From the sequence record NC_061441.1: a stretch of 64,000 nt of DNA, one strand, 5' to 3'. The notes beneath the pieces were generated by a model. The model did no database searches and had not been told where the DNA came from. It was given only the letters and a program-made list of their open reading frames with translations. The translations under genes and the position numbers were made by a program. Positions 37,103-47,012 of this stretch are shown here, one piece after another (position 1 is the first letter of the stretch; every line of letters begins with the position of its first letter).

Positions 37103-37479
37103 TGGCACTCATGTTTACTGAACGGCATCGCAAGCAGTTCGGCCGCGATAGCAGTGACCCGCAGTATCATGGCGATGCGTGTGAAGCTGTTTATAATCAC
37201 GGCATGGAATTGTTGCGTGAGCATAAGCGTCTGACGTTGCTCATTGGTGCGAAGCGTAGAACACGCATGGGATGTAAAGCGCCTCTGACTAAACGTTCAC
37301 GCAAACAGTGGATTGAAGATAAGACACTGGCGAACGAAGACACTCGACCGATTGCTGTACTGATTGCTCGCTTTAAAGAAGTGGCTGTGCTGTTAAAGCT
37401 GGCGCGAATGAACTATACCGACCTGCATACTCGTCGTCACGGCTTTACTCGTCCTAGCTACTTCCACTGGAGAGACTAA
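37102..37479 (+). CDS. Basic hypothetical protein
   Basis: TAATG overlap. Confidence 0.7.
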   Translation: MALMFTERHRKQFGRDSSDPQYHGDACEAVYNHGMELLREHKRLTLLIGAKRRTRMGCKAPLTKRSRKQWIEDKTLANEDTRPIAVLIARFKEVAVLLKLARMNYTDLHTRRHGFTRPSYFHWRD

Positions 37480-37480
37480 C

Positions 37481-38053
37481 ATGGAAAAGAAATTCTGCAA
37501 ACTGGCACACATCGGTGCTGACGTGATTATGCCTGCTATCCTGTACGCATTGAACGAAAAGATGCAGGCAGGCGTCAAAGTAGATCTGGCCGAAGCGTAT
37601 ACGTTGTTGAACGATACACAGGCTGTGTATCTTACGCTGGCAAGCGGTCAGCCTGATCGCTATTACGATCAACTCACGCCAACCATTCGAGCGCTTCTGG
37701 AGAAGTATGAAATACAATGGGCCCTCGACCGAGACACGTTGACTAAATACTGTCAATCGTATATGGAGAGCAAAGGCTTCACTCCTGTTGAAGACGGTGT
37801 GTACTCATATCCAGAAGTTGTTGCGTATAACAATTACGACCGCGTGTTCCTACGTTCGTTGATTGGTGTTGCAGACTACAATCTGCTGGAAGCTGCAATC
37901 CAGGAAGAGATGGACGTTGTGTCCGAGATGGACGAGATTGATAAGAAACTCGACCGTGTAGAAGATGGCTGTTGTTCTGAATGCGGCAAAGAACTTGAAC
38001 CCGATATTGAAGGTCCGTTCATGTGCCTAGAATGTGACGATGACGGAGAATAA
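37481..38053 (+). CDS. Hypothetical protein with C-terminal zinc ribbon
   Basis: CSEC...CLEC. Confidence 0.75.
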   Translation: MEKKFCKLAHIGADVIMPAILYALNEKMQAGVKVDLAEAYTLLNDTQAVYLTLASGQPDRYYDQLTPTIRALLEKYEIQWALDRDTLTKYCQSYMESKGFTPVEDGVYSYPEVVAYNNYDRVFLRSLIGVADYNLLEAAIQEEMDVVSEMDEIDKKLDRVEDGCCSECGKELEPDIEGPFMCLECDDDGE

Positions 38054-38055
38054 AA

Positions 38056-38319
38056 ATGGCTGTAGGCTTTGTAAAAGATGATGGCGTTAATGACACCATC
38101 GAAGCTAACCTGAATAACGAGATTGATCGCGCCCGTGCTGAACTGCTAGGCAAAGGCACCACGCACTGCATCAACCCTGACTGTGGCGCAGAGATTCCAC
38201 TGATGCGCCGTGTCGCTATGCCGAATGCTCGTTACTGTGTGGCCTGTCAATCAAGCCACGATGGTTCGGCTGTTAGCCACTACAATCGTCGCGGTTCAAA
38301 AGATTCTCAACTGAGGTAG
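38056..38319 (+). CDS. DksA/TraR C4 zinc-finger protein, YbiI-like
   Basis: G(F)..DD.V..., C..(P)DCG.EIP..RR.A.P....CV.CQ, C-terminus YNRRGSKDSQLR as recalled for E. coli YbiI. Confidence 0.9.
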   Translation: MAVGFVKDDGVNDTIEANLNNEIDRARAELLGKGTTHCINPDCGAEIPLMRRVAMPNARYCVACQSSHDGSAVSHYNRRGSKDSQLR

Positions 38320-38321
38320 TT

Positions 38322-38546
38322 ATGAATATTAAAGCTAACCCTGAAGTGACATACATGCTTGAAGGCTTCTTCCCTGATAGAAACATCTGGGTGATCATTC
38401 ATTCAGATCTTAAAGAAAAGGTTGATATCTCTGAGTTGTTAGATCAGTTGAAGATTGACCCGAAGTGTCCACGTAGTCCTGCCACTGCGTTTCGTATGGT
38501 GCAGGTAACACGCGACGTTGTTCAATTCATGGAGGTTGTTAAATGA
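38322..38546 (+). CDS. Hypothetical protein
   Basis: 74 aa, GAGG RBS. Confidence 0.7.
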   Translation: MNIKANPEVTYMLEGFFPDRNIWVIIHSDLKEKVDISELLDQLKIDPKCPRSPATAFRMVQVTRDVVQFMEVVK

Positions 38547-38686
38547 ATGATGAAGAACGTAAAGAACCATACTCACGCTGTACTGACTGCCGTACGCCTC
38601 TAGCAGAGGATGAAGTGTACGGCGAGTGGGATGACCTGTGCGAGAATTGCTGTGCTGACCGTGAAGATGAAGGGGAGTCTACATAA
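38543..38686 (+). CDS. 47-aa acidic C4 zinc-ribbon protein, absent from the ORF track
   Basis: MNDEERKEPYSRCTDC...LCENC...; ATGA and TAATG overlaps on both sides; GGAGG RBS. Confidence 0.75.
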   Translation: MNDEERKEPYSRCTDCRTPLAEDEVYGEWDDLCENCCADREDEGEST

Positions 38687-39003
38687 TGCTGCGTAAACTT
38701 TGGGTAGCTTTGGGATTCAAATTCCCTACTGTGGCCGACGCCATGCGTAAGCGTCAGGCCTGCACACGCGTTGGCTATAAGAGCTACTGCGTTATGAATC
38801 GTGCTGGATTCGCAGAAGCATTTACTCACCACCTGCATGAGTATCGTGATTCCAGCCCTTCGCTGGCTGTGCTCAATAAACACAAGCATGAAGAAGTAGC
38901 GGCCAAGGCACAGCGTATGGACTATCCGTGCGTTGTTGTTTTTGCTGACGATGGCTTCTCTGCAATTGCAATTGATGCGCCTACCATGGAGCGCCACGTA
39001 TGA
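38686..39003 (+). CDS. Hypothetical protein
   Basis: 105 aa. Confidence 0.7.
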   Translation: MLRKLWVALGFKFPTVADAMRKRQACTRVGYKSYCVMNRAGFAEAFTHHLHEYRDSSPSLAVLNKHKHEEVAAKAQRMDYPCVVVFADDGFSAIAIDAPTMERHV

Positions 39004-39353
39004 AACTCAAAAACACACCACGCTGGCTGTGGCTGTACGTTAAACAACTCTACTTAATGTGTCTGTTGCTTAAGGATGAATATGACCTTATCCGACTGGA
39101 GCATGAGTCAGAAGTTCTTGACGCTCTGCAAAGATTGACCGAACGGGACATGGCTAATAGCACAGATATAGGTGTACGCGTTCTGTTGTTCTTTAAGGAA
39201 CACAAGAAACCACGTAGCGCAAAATATAACCTGCCTTACTTGTGGCCTAAGCGCGACCTAATTCGTTTGTTCAACCAGAATGGTGTTGCAGTAGGCCCCG
39301 TGCCGAACTACTTTGTAGCACTCCATCAACTCGTCGATAAGGGCTTCAAGTGA
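39000..39353 (+). CDS. Hypothetical protein
   Basis: 117 aa, ATGA overlap. Confidence 0.7.
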   Translation: MKLKNTPRWLWLYVKQLYLMCLLLKDEYDLIRLEHESEVLDALQRLTERDMANSTDIGVRVLLFFKEHKKPRSAKYNLPYLWPKRDLIRLFNQNGVAVGPVPNYFVALHQLVDKGFK

Positions 39354-39688
39354 TGAAGACAGTAATCTGTTCTGTAAATGCTGTACACGGTAAACGTGTG
39401 CTGCCAATCTTCTTTCAAGAGGAAGAAGAAAAGTTTTATATAGGCAGTGACTTCTGGAAAAGTCTGAACCTGCGCGACGACCTGTTCATTGAACCCCAAA
39501 CAGAGCAAGTCCTCCACAATGACGAGCGCGTGAATCGTACCGAGTTCATTCGTGTCTCTACCGTGCGTGATGTTATTCATGCGCTGCATCGTTGTCGCAA
39601 TTATATCCGCTACTTTGAGTATATCTCCGACGAGGAAATTGACAGCCTCGCCGAAGCACTCGAACATTGGGAAAAACCAGAGGACTAA
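39350..39688 (+). CDS. Hypothetical protein
   Basis: 112 aa. Confidence 0.7.
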   Translation: MMKTVICSVNAVHGKRVLPIFFQEEEEKFYIGSDFWKSLNLRDDLFIEPQTEQVLHNDERVNRTEFIRVSTVRDVIHALHRCRNYIRYFEYISDEEIDSLAEALEHWEKPED

Positions 39689-39690
39689 CC

Positions 39691-40314
39691 ATGAACACCA
39701 CAATTCAATTTCTCATGGATGAGAACGAGATAGAAGATGCACTCACCTCGTATCACACTGACCCTACCGATGAAAATAAACGCCGTGTGATTGAAACGAT
39801 TTTGAGTGAGTCTAAACACGCACCAAAACCAGACATTGAACCTGAGGCGCATCGCATTATATTTGTGCCGTCCGTAACTACACTTAGAAGTGAGCCTGCT
39901 GTTACGCAATATGCTTCTTTCAGCGGTGAGATTGACAAGATGCTTATGGCCACTGCTAAATTGGCTAAGCGCGTTGTAGACAAAATTCATGAAGCAGGTA
40001 GTTCCGCTGTGTTTGTTCGCTTCGATCCAGAAGAATGGTATTCTTATCGCATTCCTATTCTTTGGGGATTCTACGATCTGGCGTTAGAAGCGAAAACGCT
40101 GGACGGGATTGATTCATCCATGCGCGACCTCATGCGCAAGGTAGGCAATCTGCCTTTCGATGAAGATGTTGAAGACTTCTACGGAAGAATAAATCGTTAT
40201 GTGACTGAGGGGGAGCATGAAGGCTGTCTGCGCTCCATCACTCAAATGGTGGACACTAAGTTCACGCGCAACTTACCTCAAACCGAAACCGAAGAAGAAG
40301 GTGAAGAAGAATGA
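39691..40314 (+). CDS. Hypothetical protein
   Basis: GAGGA RBS. Confidence 0.75.
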   Translation: MNTTIQFLMDENEIEDALTSYHTDPTDENKRRVIETILSESKHAPKPDIEPEAHRIIFVPSVTTLRSEPAVTQYASFSGEIDKMLMATAKLAKRVVDKIHEAGSSAVFVRFDPEEWYSYRIPILWGFYDLALEAKTLDGIDSSMRDLMRKVGNLPFDEDVEDFYGRINRYVTEGEHEGCLRSITQMVDTKFTRNLPQTETEEEGEEE

Positions 40315-40682
40315 TTAGACAAATGCCTAGGCAGATCTCGACCAAAGACTTTAGCTACTCTATTGATGGCTTTGCGGCAAAAGTCAATCTCGAAAACTAC
40401 ACGGCAATCGTTCGTGGTAAGTGGCGTTTGCTTCGTGGTACAGACACAAGCGGTAACTTCACGATCGTACTCATCGGTCCGTATGCAGTGTCGCCTGACC
40501 TGACGGGTTATCAGATTCTCGTTGCTGCTGGTTATCAGCCTGTTGACGCAATGCAAGCGCTTGGTCTTGACCACAATCACCTGCGCACCATGCAGAAAGA
40601 ACACCGTAAGCGCGTAGCTCAATCGAAAGCAGCACCGCGCCGGGGCAACACTAATTCACTCGACGATCTCCAGGGGAAGTAA
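40311..40682 (+). CDS. Hypothetical protein
   Basis: 123 aa, ATGA overlap. Confidence 0.7.
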   Translation: MIRQMPRQISTKDFSYSIDGFAAKVNLENYTAIVRGKWRLLRGTDTSGNFTIVLIGPYAVSPDLTGYQILVAAGYQPVDAMQALGLDHNHLRTMQKEHRKRVAQSKAAPRRGNTNSLDDLQGK

Positions 40683-40683
40683 C

Positions 40684-41427
40684 ATGAAACAGTTATTCGT
40701 AGGCAGTCACCCAAACACCGTTCGCTTTTCTGACCTCGACGGTCGTGACCGTATCTGTGAGATTCGTGCCATGATCGCTGACGCGTATCGCATGTTGCGT
40801 GATTCTATTGGTGAACAGGCGAAGAACGAAACGAATACTTTCCACGGTCCGTGGCTTGTGTTTCGTAATCTCATGAACGATCACCCTGCTGCCTGTCTGG
40901 AAGAGTTCCGCCACGCCTCTATCTACTTCGATGCAGATACCGAAGGTAAGGTGACTGAGATTGCTGACCTGATTGAACAGCACATCGAACTGACTCGCCA
41001 ATCGATCTGTTTGAAAGGCGCTAATCAACATCAGGCCGATGCAATGATTGGCATTGCAAGCACTGGTGGACGAATCGAAACGACTGTTATGCAGGGTCTG
41101 GGCAAAACACGCCAGAACAACCCGCACCGCACTTTAGCAGAAGACCTGCGTAAGTACCTCAACACGTTCAAAGATCATGATGGTACCTTTGAATTGTGTA
41201 CGTTGTTGACTAAGCTCTACGGTAAACCGTCGTTCGACACGTATGCTGATAGTACGGTAGATGAGATGTTTGACGAAACGTGTCAGGCAATTCAAAGTGC
41301 GAATGAGCCTATCGACCAGGTATATGATATGGTGTGTCGTGCAATCCTTTCGTTCGGTCTGCCTGCTATGCCCGCAGACAGTGATGGCCAGGCGGCTGAT
41401 GATGAAAACTTTGCTCTCCGCGGTTAA
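40684..41427 (+). CDS. Hypothetical protein
   Basis: 247 aa. Confidence 0.75.
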   Translation: MKQLFVGSHPNTVRFSDLDGRDRICEIRAMIADAYRMLRDSIGEQAKNETNTFHGPWLVFRNLMNDHPAACLEEFRHASIYFDADTEGKVTEIADLIEQHIELTRQSICLKGANQHQADAMIGIASTGGRIETTVMQGLGKTRQNNPHRTLAEDLRKYLNTFKDHDGTFELCTLLTKLYGKPSFDTYADSTVDEMFDETCQAIQSANEPIDQVYDMVCRAILSFGLPAMPADSDGQAADDENFALRG

Positions 41428-41605
41428 AATCTATTGGCGTGAAGCGATGATACTGGCTGTGCTTGTGGTCATCGCTGTCGCTCTCCCTTTCTTAGAAGTG
41501 CGCAACCCAGTTCTGGTGATGCTTGTTGCTGTCATCGTTGCTGCGTACTTCATTGCTACTTGGGCATGTAAGCCTGTATACGGATCAGACGATGAAAAAG
41601 AATGA
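41399..41605 (+). CDS. Small two-TM membrane protein
   Basis: MILAVLVVIAVALPFL and VLVMLVAVIVAAYFIATW. Confidence 0.65.
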   Translation: MMKTLLSAVKIYWREAMILAVLVVIAVALPFLEVRNPVLVMLVAVIVAAYFIATWACKPVYGSDDEKE

Positions 41606-42143
41606 AATCAAACTGAGTGCCGCAGACATTGCAGCAGGTATCATCTGCATTAACGAAGCTCTGGCCAAACACGGCCTGTCGTGTGCAGAAGGTGATGTTG
41701 GTTACGAAACAGTGTACACCGATGATCACGGTGAAACACAGGGAGGCTGGTACGCCGAGTTCGATAAGAAGTCCCGCGACAAGCTGCGTGAATCAAAACA
41801 GGTGTCATGGCGTAATTGCGGTATGCTTAGTGGCGACACGATTGATAGCATTCTACGCACAATCGACAGTCTCAAGTTCCGCAACCATGCTAAAGAGCCT
41901 ACGCCGTTGCAGTTGAAAATGGCGGAGAATGTTAAGAGCAAGGTCGAAGCAACTAAGGCAGCGCTTGAAGTGTACAACTCGGCAGCGCCTCTTTCTGACT
42001 CTGACCTGCGTTTGTGTATCGAGCACTTCCGTACTCTGGATAAAGCTGTGCAGGCAGACCCGATGCTTGCTCTGTGTAAGCTACATGTAACACTCAATCT
42101 CGAAACACTCTTAGGCTACAAAGAAGCACGTAAGCGTAAGTAA
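41592..42143 (+). CDS. Hypothetical protein
   Basis: Track ORF 41523..42143; likely start 41592. Confidence 0.7.
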   Translation: MKKNEIKLSAADIAAGIICINEALAKHGLSCAEGDVGYETVYTDDHGETQGGWYAEFDKKSRDKLRESKQVSWRNCGMLSGDTIDSILRTIDSLKFRNHAKEPTPLQLKMAENVKSKVEATKAALEVYNSAAPLSDSDLRLCIEHFRTLDKAVQADPMLALCKLHVTLNLETLLGYKEARKRK

Positions 42144-42198
42144 CCAATCAGGGAGGTCCTTAGCGGGATCTCCCTATGTCATTTCTGGAGCATTTCTC

Positions 42199-43179
42199 AT
42201 GCGTTTTGGTTTCGCCTGCAAATTGCTTGACGCAAACAACAAACAACCATTCACGAATAAGAGCCTTAGCTATAAACATTTCTCTGCGCTGTCTGCTACT
42301 GACCAACATGCAAAACTTCTGGACGTTGTTACGCACAACCTGACTTCGTTGCTCAACATGATTAAACACGTTGGCCGACTGCGTACAGACCTACGTATGT
42401 TTCGAATCACCAGTGAGTTGCTTCCACTCTACACTCACCCTAAAGTGTTTCACATGTACATGCGCCATGACGTTGTTACTCTTACTGAGTCGCTACTCGC
42501 CTTGTGTGGTGAAGCGGCTCGACGCCATGACGTGCGATTATCATTTCACCCAGGTCAGTTCACGGTACTCGCATCTGACCGACCTGATGTTGTCCAGAAC
42601 TCAATAGCCGAACTTGAGTACCATGCGTACTGTGCATATCACATGGGATATGGTCGCCGCTTCCAAGACTTCAAAATCAATATTCACCTTAGCGGTAGAC
42701 TTGGTGCTTCTGGTTTCAGACAAGCGCATTCGAAACTTTCTGATCGCTGCCGAAACATGTTGACCGTAGAGAACGACGAAATCACTTCCAGCCTCGAAGA
42801 TGTTTTGTGTCTGGCAGACATATGCCCGATTGTCCTCGACATTCATCATCACTGGGTAATGACCAACGAATACATACAACCGACCGACGATCGTGTTCAG
42901 CGTGTCATTGATTCTTGGCGCGGCGTAAGACCAGTAGCGCATTACTCTGTGTCGAAGCCTGAGTTCGTACCGTCGCGCGGACTCCCTGATCAGAACAAGC
43001 TGTCCGCTAATCGAATGCAGTTACGTGCTCATGCTGATTACTACCACAACGAAGACGTAAACGAGTGGGCCACTAGTTTCACTGATTTTGACCTTATGTG
43101 TGAGTCAAAAGCGAAAAATAGGGCTAGACTGAAACTGGCGTGTTTTAGCGTCAACTCTGCAAATAATTGGACAAAATGA
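42199..43179 (+). CDS. uvsE: UV damage endonuclease (UvsE/UVDE)
   Basis: FGFACK, FRITSELLP, RLSFHPGQF, VENDE, VLDIHHHW, HYS, AHADY, MCESKAK. Confidence 0.93.
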   Translation: MRFGFACKLLDANNKQPFTNKSLSYKHFSALSATDQHAKLLDVVTHNLTSLLNMIKHVGRLRTDLRMFRITSELLPLYTHPKVFHMYMRHDVVTLTESLLALCGEAARRHDVRLSFHPGQFTVLASDRPDVVQNSIAELEYHAYCAYHMGYGRRFQDFKINIHLSGRLGASGFRQAHSKLSDRCRNMLTVENDEITSSLEDVLCLADICPIVLDIHHHWVMTNEYIQPTDDRVQRVIDSWRGVRPVAHYSVSKPEFVPSRGLPDQNKLSANRMQLRAHADYYHNEDVNEWATSFTDFDLMCESKAKNRARLKLACFSVNSANNWTK

Positions 43180-43212
43180 GGCTTGTTTACGAAGGTAGCC
43201 CTGTGATACACT
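43153..43212 (+). promoter_or_regulatory. Early promoter cassette P5
   Basis: AACTCTGCAAATAATTGGACAAAATG; TTGTTT-18-TACACT; hairpin GAGCG-TTAT-CGCTC. Confidence 0.75.
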
Positions 43213-43264
43213 AGATATGAGCGTTATCGCTCGTATAACTAGACTGACACAAGGAAATAAGACA

Positions 43265-43567
43265 ATGTTCAATACTACTACCATCGTAAAGAAATCTGGT
43301 GCTGCAAACGCTACCAATCATTCGTTCGGTATTACAGGTATCACGCCAACCAATCGCATCTCCTGCATCTGGCCTGGCGCTCTGGAAGTTCCGGCTGACA
43401 TTAAACGTTGGTGCCGTGCTAACGAAATCATGAATGACCTTGACGCTTACATGCGTGTTCGTTTTAAAGGTCGTCGTGCTGATATCCTGAACTTGGTTGC
43501 TCGTCATCTGGCGCCAAACAATCCTGAACTGGCTGTGCGTATTCTTGCAACTATCACTGAGGCCTAA
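43265..43567 (+). CDS. Hypothetical protein
   Basis: AAGGA RBS, ATG 43265. Confidence 0.75.
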   Translation: MFNTTTIVKKSGAANATNHSFGITGITPTNRISCIWPGALEVPADIKRWCRANEIMNDLDAYMRVRFKGRRADILNLVARHLAPNNPELAVRILATITEA

Positions 43568-43568
43568 A

Positions 43569-43832
43569 ATGAAAGTCCAATCTATGGAAGCTGTTTACGG
43601 TGCTACAAACACCAACACTCCGCTTGTGGAGAAACGCGGCTTTCGTTCTGTCGAATCGAAGTACGTCGATGGAACGGAGGTTAGATTACAACGGTTGTCG
43701 CATGACATACATGAACGTCAGGTGGTGGGCTACGATCAATTTGGTCGGGCAGTGTACGGAACATATGTACCACCATCTACGTTCGAAGTGCGTGACAGCA
43801 AGGAAAGCGAACCGAATAAGACGGCGCCCTAG
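43569..43832 (+). CDS. Hypothetical protein
   Basis: GAGG RBS, ATG 43569. Confidence 0.7.
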   Translation: MKVQSMEAVYGATNTNTPLVEKRGFRSVESKYVDGTEVRLQRLSHDIHERQVVGYDQFGRAVYGTYVPPSTFEVRDSKESEPNKTAP

Positions 43833-43890
43833 CAAGCTCACAACCAGAAGCCATAGAATAACAAACAATAAATTCATGCGCTGACCTATC

Positions 43891-44283
43891 GTGGGGTGTC
43901 TTAAAATGATCGTTATATGTAATAGCTCGAAAGAATTTTCAGCCGACCGTTTGGCTCATGGCGACGCATTTGTTTTTGGGAAGACTCGCATGTTGTTACG
44001 TGCGGACTTCATCGTCCTGACAGACAAAAACAATGCGGTATTCGTAATACGCAAATCTGATGTTGTTTGGTCTCCCGAGCTTACGGGCGCAACGCATGTG
44101 ATTAAAATCCGGGCGTATGCCCAGGTTAGGCCGTTTGAACTCAACGCAGCATGTCCGCAGTTTAACAGTCGTGTGTTCGGAACAATCGCGTTTCGTAACC
44201 CACACTTTGAGCACCGTCTTGGTAGCTTGAAATATGTAGAGACAATCTTCGGAGGTTTACATGGCACGGTATCATGTGTTTAG
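43891..44283 (+). CDS. Hypothetical protein (start possibly 43906)
   Basis: 130 aa ORF. Confidence 0.6.
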   Translation: MGCLKMIVICNSSKEFSADRLAHGDAFVFGKTRMLLRADFIVLTDKNNAVFVIRKSDVVWSPELTGATHVIKIRAYAQVRPFELNAACPQFNSRVFGTIAFRNPHFEHRLGSLKYVETIFGGLHGTVSCV

Positions 44284-44512
44284 TGCGACTCATAAATACT
44301 ACGGTGAAGCATACGAAGGGACTTGGCTCAAAGAGATAACTCTTAACGGGCACCAAGTCCTCAACGCAGAGTTCCCTAACTTCGAGGCCGCGAAAGAATG
44401 CGCCGACAAGTTGCATGAGGTTTGCGATATTGGGTGGATCGTGTATAACGCTTTTTCTGAACGCGCTATGTACGATACCCGCACGGTACAAGGCGAGTCT
44501 GTAAAGAACTAA
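44261..44512 (+). CDS. Hypothetical protein
   Basis: GGAGG RBS. Confidence 0.7.
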   Translation: MARYHVFSATHKYYGEAYEGTWLKEITLNGHQVLNAEFPNFEAAKECADKLHEVCDIGWIVYNAFSERAMYDTRTVQGESVKN

Positions 44513-44585
44513 CAGGCCCGCCAGTTATCCCTAAACGTGATGCTCACGGGCGTCACACAAATTTTTCACAATACGAGGCTATAAA

Positions 44586-45095
44586 ATGAAATTCACCGCA
44601 ATCGCTATCGCACTGGTTATGTCTGCTTCCGCTTCCGCTGCAAACTATGTGGCACCAGCTCCTGCTGCTGGCATGAAATCTTCTGGTATGACTATCAGCG
44701 ACAAGCTGGACGATAGCTGCCAGAAGAAACTTAATCAGGCGATCGACCTGCGTCATTCAGTGATTGACTTCGCTGTATCGAAAGATGCAATCGACACTGT
44801 AGCCGCTTGGCCGCTTGTGTGTTCACCGACTGTTGAGTCTGCGTCGGTTACTGTTGAACGTATCGGCAGTGACATTACGATCACCTACGTCAATAACGAC
44901 AAGTCGCTGGCGAATCTTAGCCTCGTGTTGCAGCGCGTAGAATCCACTACAGAAGACGATGCACCAGCGTATCAGATCGTTCAGATTGGTGACCTGAATG
45001 CTATGGGCTATCAGGAACAAACTGACGTGAAAGACTGGCTGCTTGATTGTTATGCGGCTACTGTGCAGGACGACATGGCTGTAGTGAGGAACTGA
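44586..45095 (+). CDS. Secreted/periplasmic protein
   Basis: Signal peptide MKFTAIAIALVMSASASA; three Cys. Confidence 0.75.
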   Translation: MKFTAIAIALVMSASASAANYVAPAPAAGMKSSGMTISDKLDDSCQKKLNQAIDLRHSVIDFAVSKDAIDTVAAWPLVCSPTVESASVTVERIGSDITITYVNNDKSLANLSLVLQRVESTTEDDAPAYQIVQIGDLNAMGYQEQTDVKDWLLDCYAATVQDDMAVVRN

Positions 45096-45400
45096 TGAAA
45101 GGAAAGAAGTTAGACGTATTTTTGCAGCAACGCACGGCAATGAACAAAATCGCGTCCAGCCCGCAAGACTGGGAGACGTACAAAGATATGCTGTTGAACA
45201 TACGGCTTGCCGTTGCTGTTGACCCTCGACCTGATGCTGCTGTACGCCACTTAGCGCGTACATGGCACGCCGAAAAGAAATATGCGCTCCCTGTCTGTCA
45301 GGCTACGCTTCTGAAACTGATGACGTTGAAGAAAGCAAACCAAACGCTTGAAGAAATGATCGCGCTTTACATTGACCTTGAGGAAGGACCGAAGAAATGA
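45095..45400 (+). CDS. Hypothetical protein
   Basis: TGATG overlap, GAGGA RBS. Confidence 0.7.
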   Translation: MKGKKLDVFLQQRTAMNKIASSPQDWETYKDMLLNIRLAVAVDPRPDAAVRHLARTWHAEKKYALPVCQATLLKLMTLKKANQTLEEMIALYIDLEEGPKK

Positions 45401-46590
45401 CCGAAGCTGAAATGAACATCGACCACATTCGCAACGCCACGAAATCTATCTTCACTTCTGGCACCGTTCAGCAACGTGACGCTCTGCGTTCAATCGCTAA
45501 CACTGTACTTGCACCTAACGCCATGTTTGCGTGTGAAGTCGAGGCGCCTGATGTTGAAACCGCGTATCGTCTGCTGGAAGAAATCAAATTCACTGGCGAC
45601 GGCACTAACATGCTTCCGGCCGATGAAGTGTATGCGCTCGATTCCATTCTGAGTAAGAAGTGGAAGAAAGACTTCTTTGAAGCAGTGTGCAATATCGCAC
45701 TGACTATGTACAGCACCGACCCGGCTACTTCGGGTAAAGGCTTTTGGCCACGCAATCACGGCGAGTTCAATCAGTTGATCACTCGTGCTTTCGTCTGGGT
45801 CTTGGCTCAAGAAGGTCTGAAAAACGTATTGAAAGATCCGACTGTCGTTAGCCATACGCGTCTTGCTCAATTCATGATCGCAACTCAACTCGTAGGTAAA
45901 GACGAAGCGAACCTGCGTCACTTCACAACGTATCGTCCTTACCAGGACACTGGCGGCGTGAACTGCGACAACATTCTGCCTGAGTCTTATCTCGAACAGA
46001 TTCGCGCAGAACGCCGTGCAGGCCAGCCTCCAGAATATGAAGCGGCCAAGAGCATGTCGTTCTCTGACCTGGCCGATCTGTGTGAGCGCCTGAACGTCAT
46101 TGGTCCAGGTTCTACCAAACCAGTAACCTGTAATTGCCCTGTCGGTGAACTTTGCGAATGCGAAGAAGACGAATACCAGACGCGTGATGATTTTGACGAA
46201 GACCCGGAGGAGTTGCTGGAAGAGTTCTATCGTAAATTCGGCTTCCCTCACGATGAAGATGAAGACGAGCCCGAAGAAGAAATCTGGCGTGAAGGTATCT
46301 CGCTCATGGAAGTTGAGGTCGACCTGCCTACTGTGCGTCTGACTCTTCCAGAAGCCGGAGTCCGCAGAGACTCACGCATGAAAAAGCCGATGCAGAAATC
46401 TCGCCGTAACAAGATTCTGCTTACGGCTGAACAACAAATCTGGCACAAGGTTGACACTGACCCTGTGTCCGCAGATCGTCGCTTCGCTATCAGCCTCGTA
46501 TCTCGTCATACGTGCGGTGTTAGTCGCCCTGTCGCCACGCAGCGTGAAGCACTGGCAATCGCCGCTGCTTTAGCTGAACTCTGCAAGTAA
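45397..46590 (+). CDS. Hypothetical protein with acidic and Cys-containing region
   Basis: 397 aa; CNCPVGELCEC; ends ...AELCK within promoter cassette P6. Confidence 0.8.
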   Translation: MTEAEMNIDHIRNATKSIFTSGTVQQRDALRSIANTVLAPNAMFACEVEAPDVETAYRLLEEIKFTGDGTNMLPADEVYALDSILSKKWKKDFFEAVCNIALTMYSTDPATSGKGFWPRNHGEFNQLITRAFVWVLAQEGLKNVLKDPTVVSHTRLAQFMIATQLVGKDEANLRHFTTYRPYQDTGGVNCDNILPESYLEQIRAERRAGQPPEYEAAKSMSFSDLADLCERLNVIGPGSTKPVTCNCPVGELCECEEDEYQTRDDFDEDPEELLEEFYRKFGFPHDEDEDEPEEEIWREGISLMEVEVDLPTVRLTLPEAGVRRDSRMKKPMQKSRRNKILLTAEQQIWHKVDTDPVSADRRFAISLVSRHTCGVSRPVATQREALAIAAALAELCK

Positions 46591-46635
46591 CTGGTCAGAA
46601 TAGCGCTTCTTCGTGGGGCGCTTCTATGATATAAT
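46577..46635 (+). promoter_or_regulatory. Early promoter cassette P6
   Basis: AACTCTGCAAGTAACTGGTCAGAATAG; TG-A-TATAAT at 37 nt; hairpin AGAGC-AATATC-GCTCT. Confidence 0.8.
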
Positions 46636-46701
46636 CATAGATAGAGCAATATCGCTCTCAACGTTTTATCAACCATACGTTTAAACACGGGATTGTCATT
46701 T

Positions 46702-47004
46702 ATGTCACGCACTATTTCACGCAAGAAAGCCTTAGAGTTAATGTCCAAAACTTATAACGCCAAGCACCCTGAATATCTTCCACGCCTGATGGCCGAAGAT
46801 ATGGATTCGAAAGACCTGTTCGAATTCCGTGAAGATGTTGTTGCCCAGATTCGTGCTGGGAAAGATCCCGTTAAGGTTGTTGATGATATGATCGACAACG
46901 CAATTCGTGTGACTCTGGTTCGTCGTCGTTCGAGCAATGATTATAATCCGAAGATTGCCGACGTACTGACTGATGAAATTCGTGACCTGCTTCGTAACCT
47001 GTAA
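46702..47004 (+). CDS. Hypothetical protein
   Basis: First gene after P6. Confidence 0.75.
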   Translation: MSRTISRKKALELMSKTYNAKHPEYLPRLMAEDMDSKDLFEFREDVVAQIRAGKDPVKVVDDMIDNAIRVTLVRRRSSNDYNPKIADVLTDEIRDLLRNL

Positions 47005-47012
47005 GGAATAAA

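Noticed and set aside
39370-39382. Further CTGTAAA matches (39372, 44503) as promoters
   Set aside because: Inside coding sequence and mismatched at the conserved TA end
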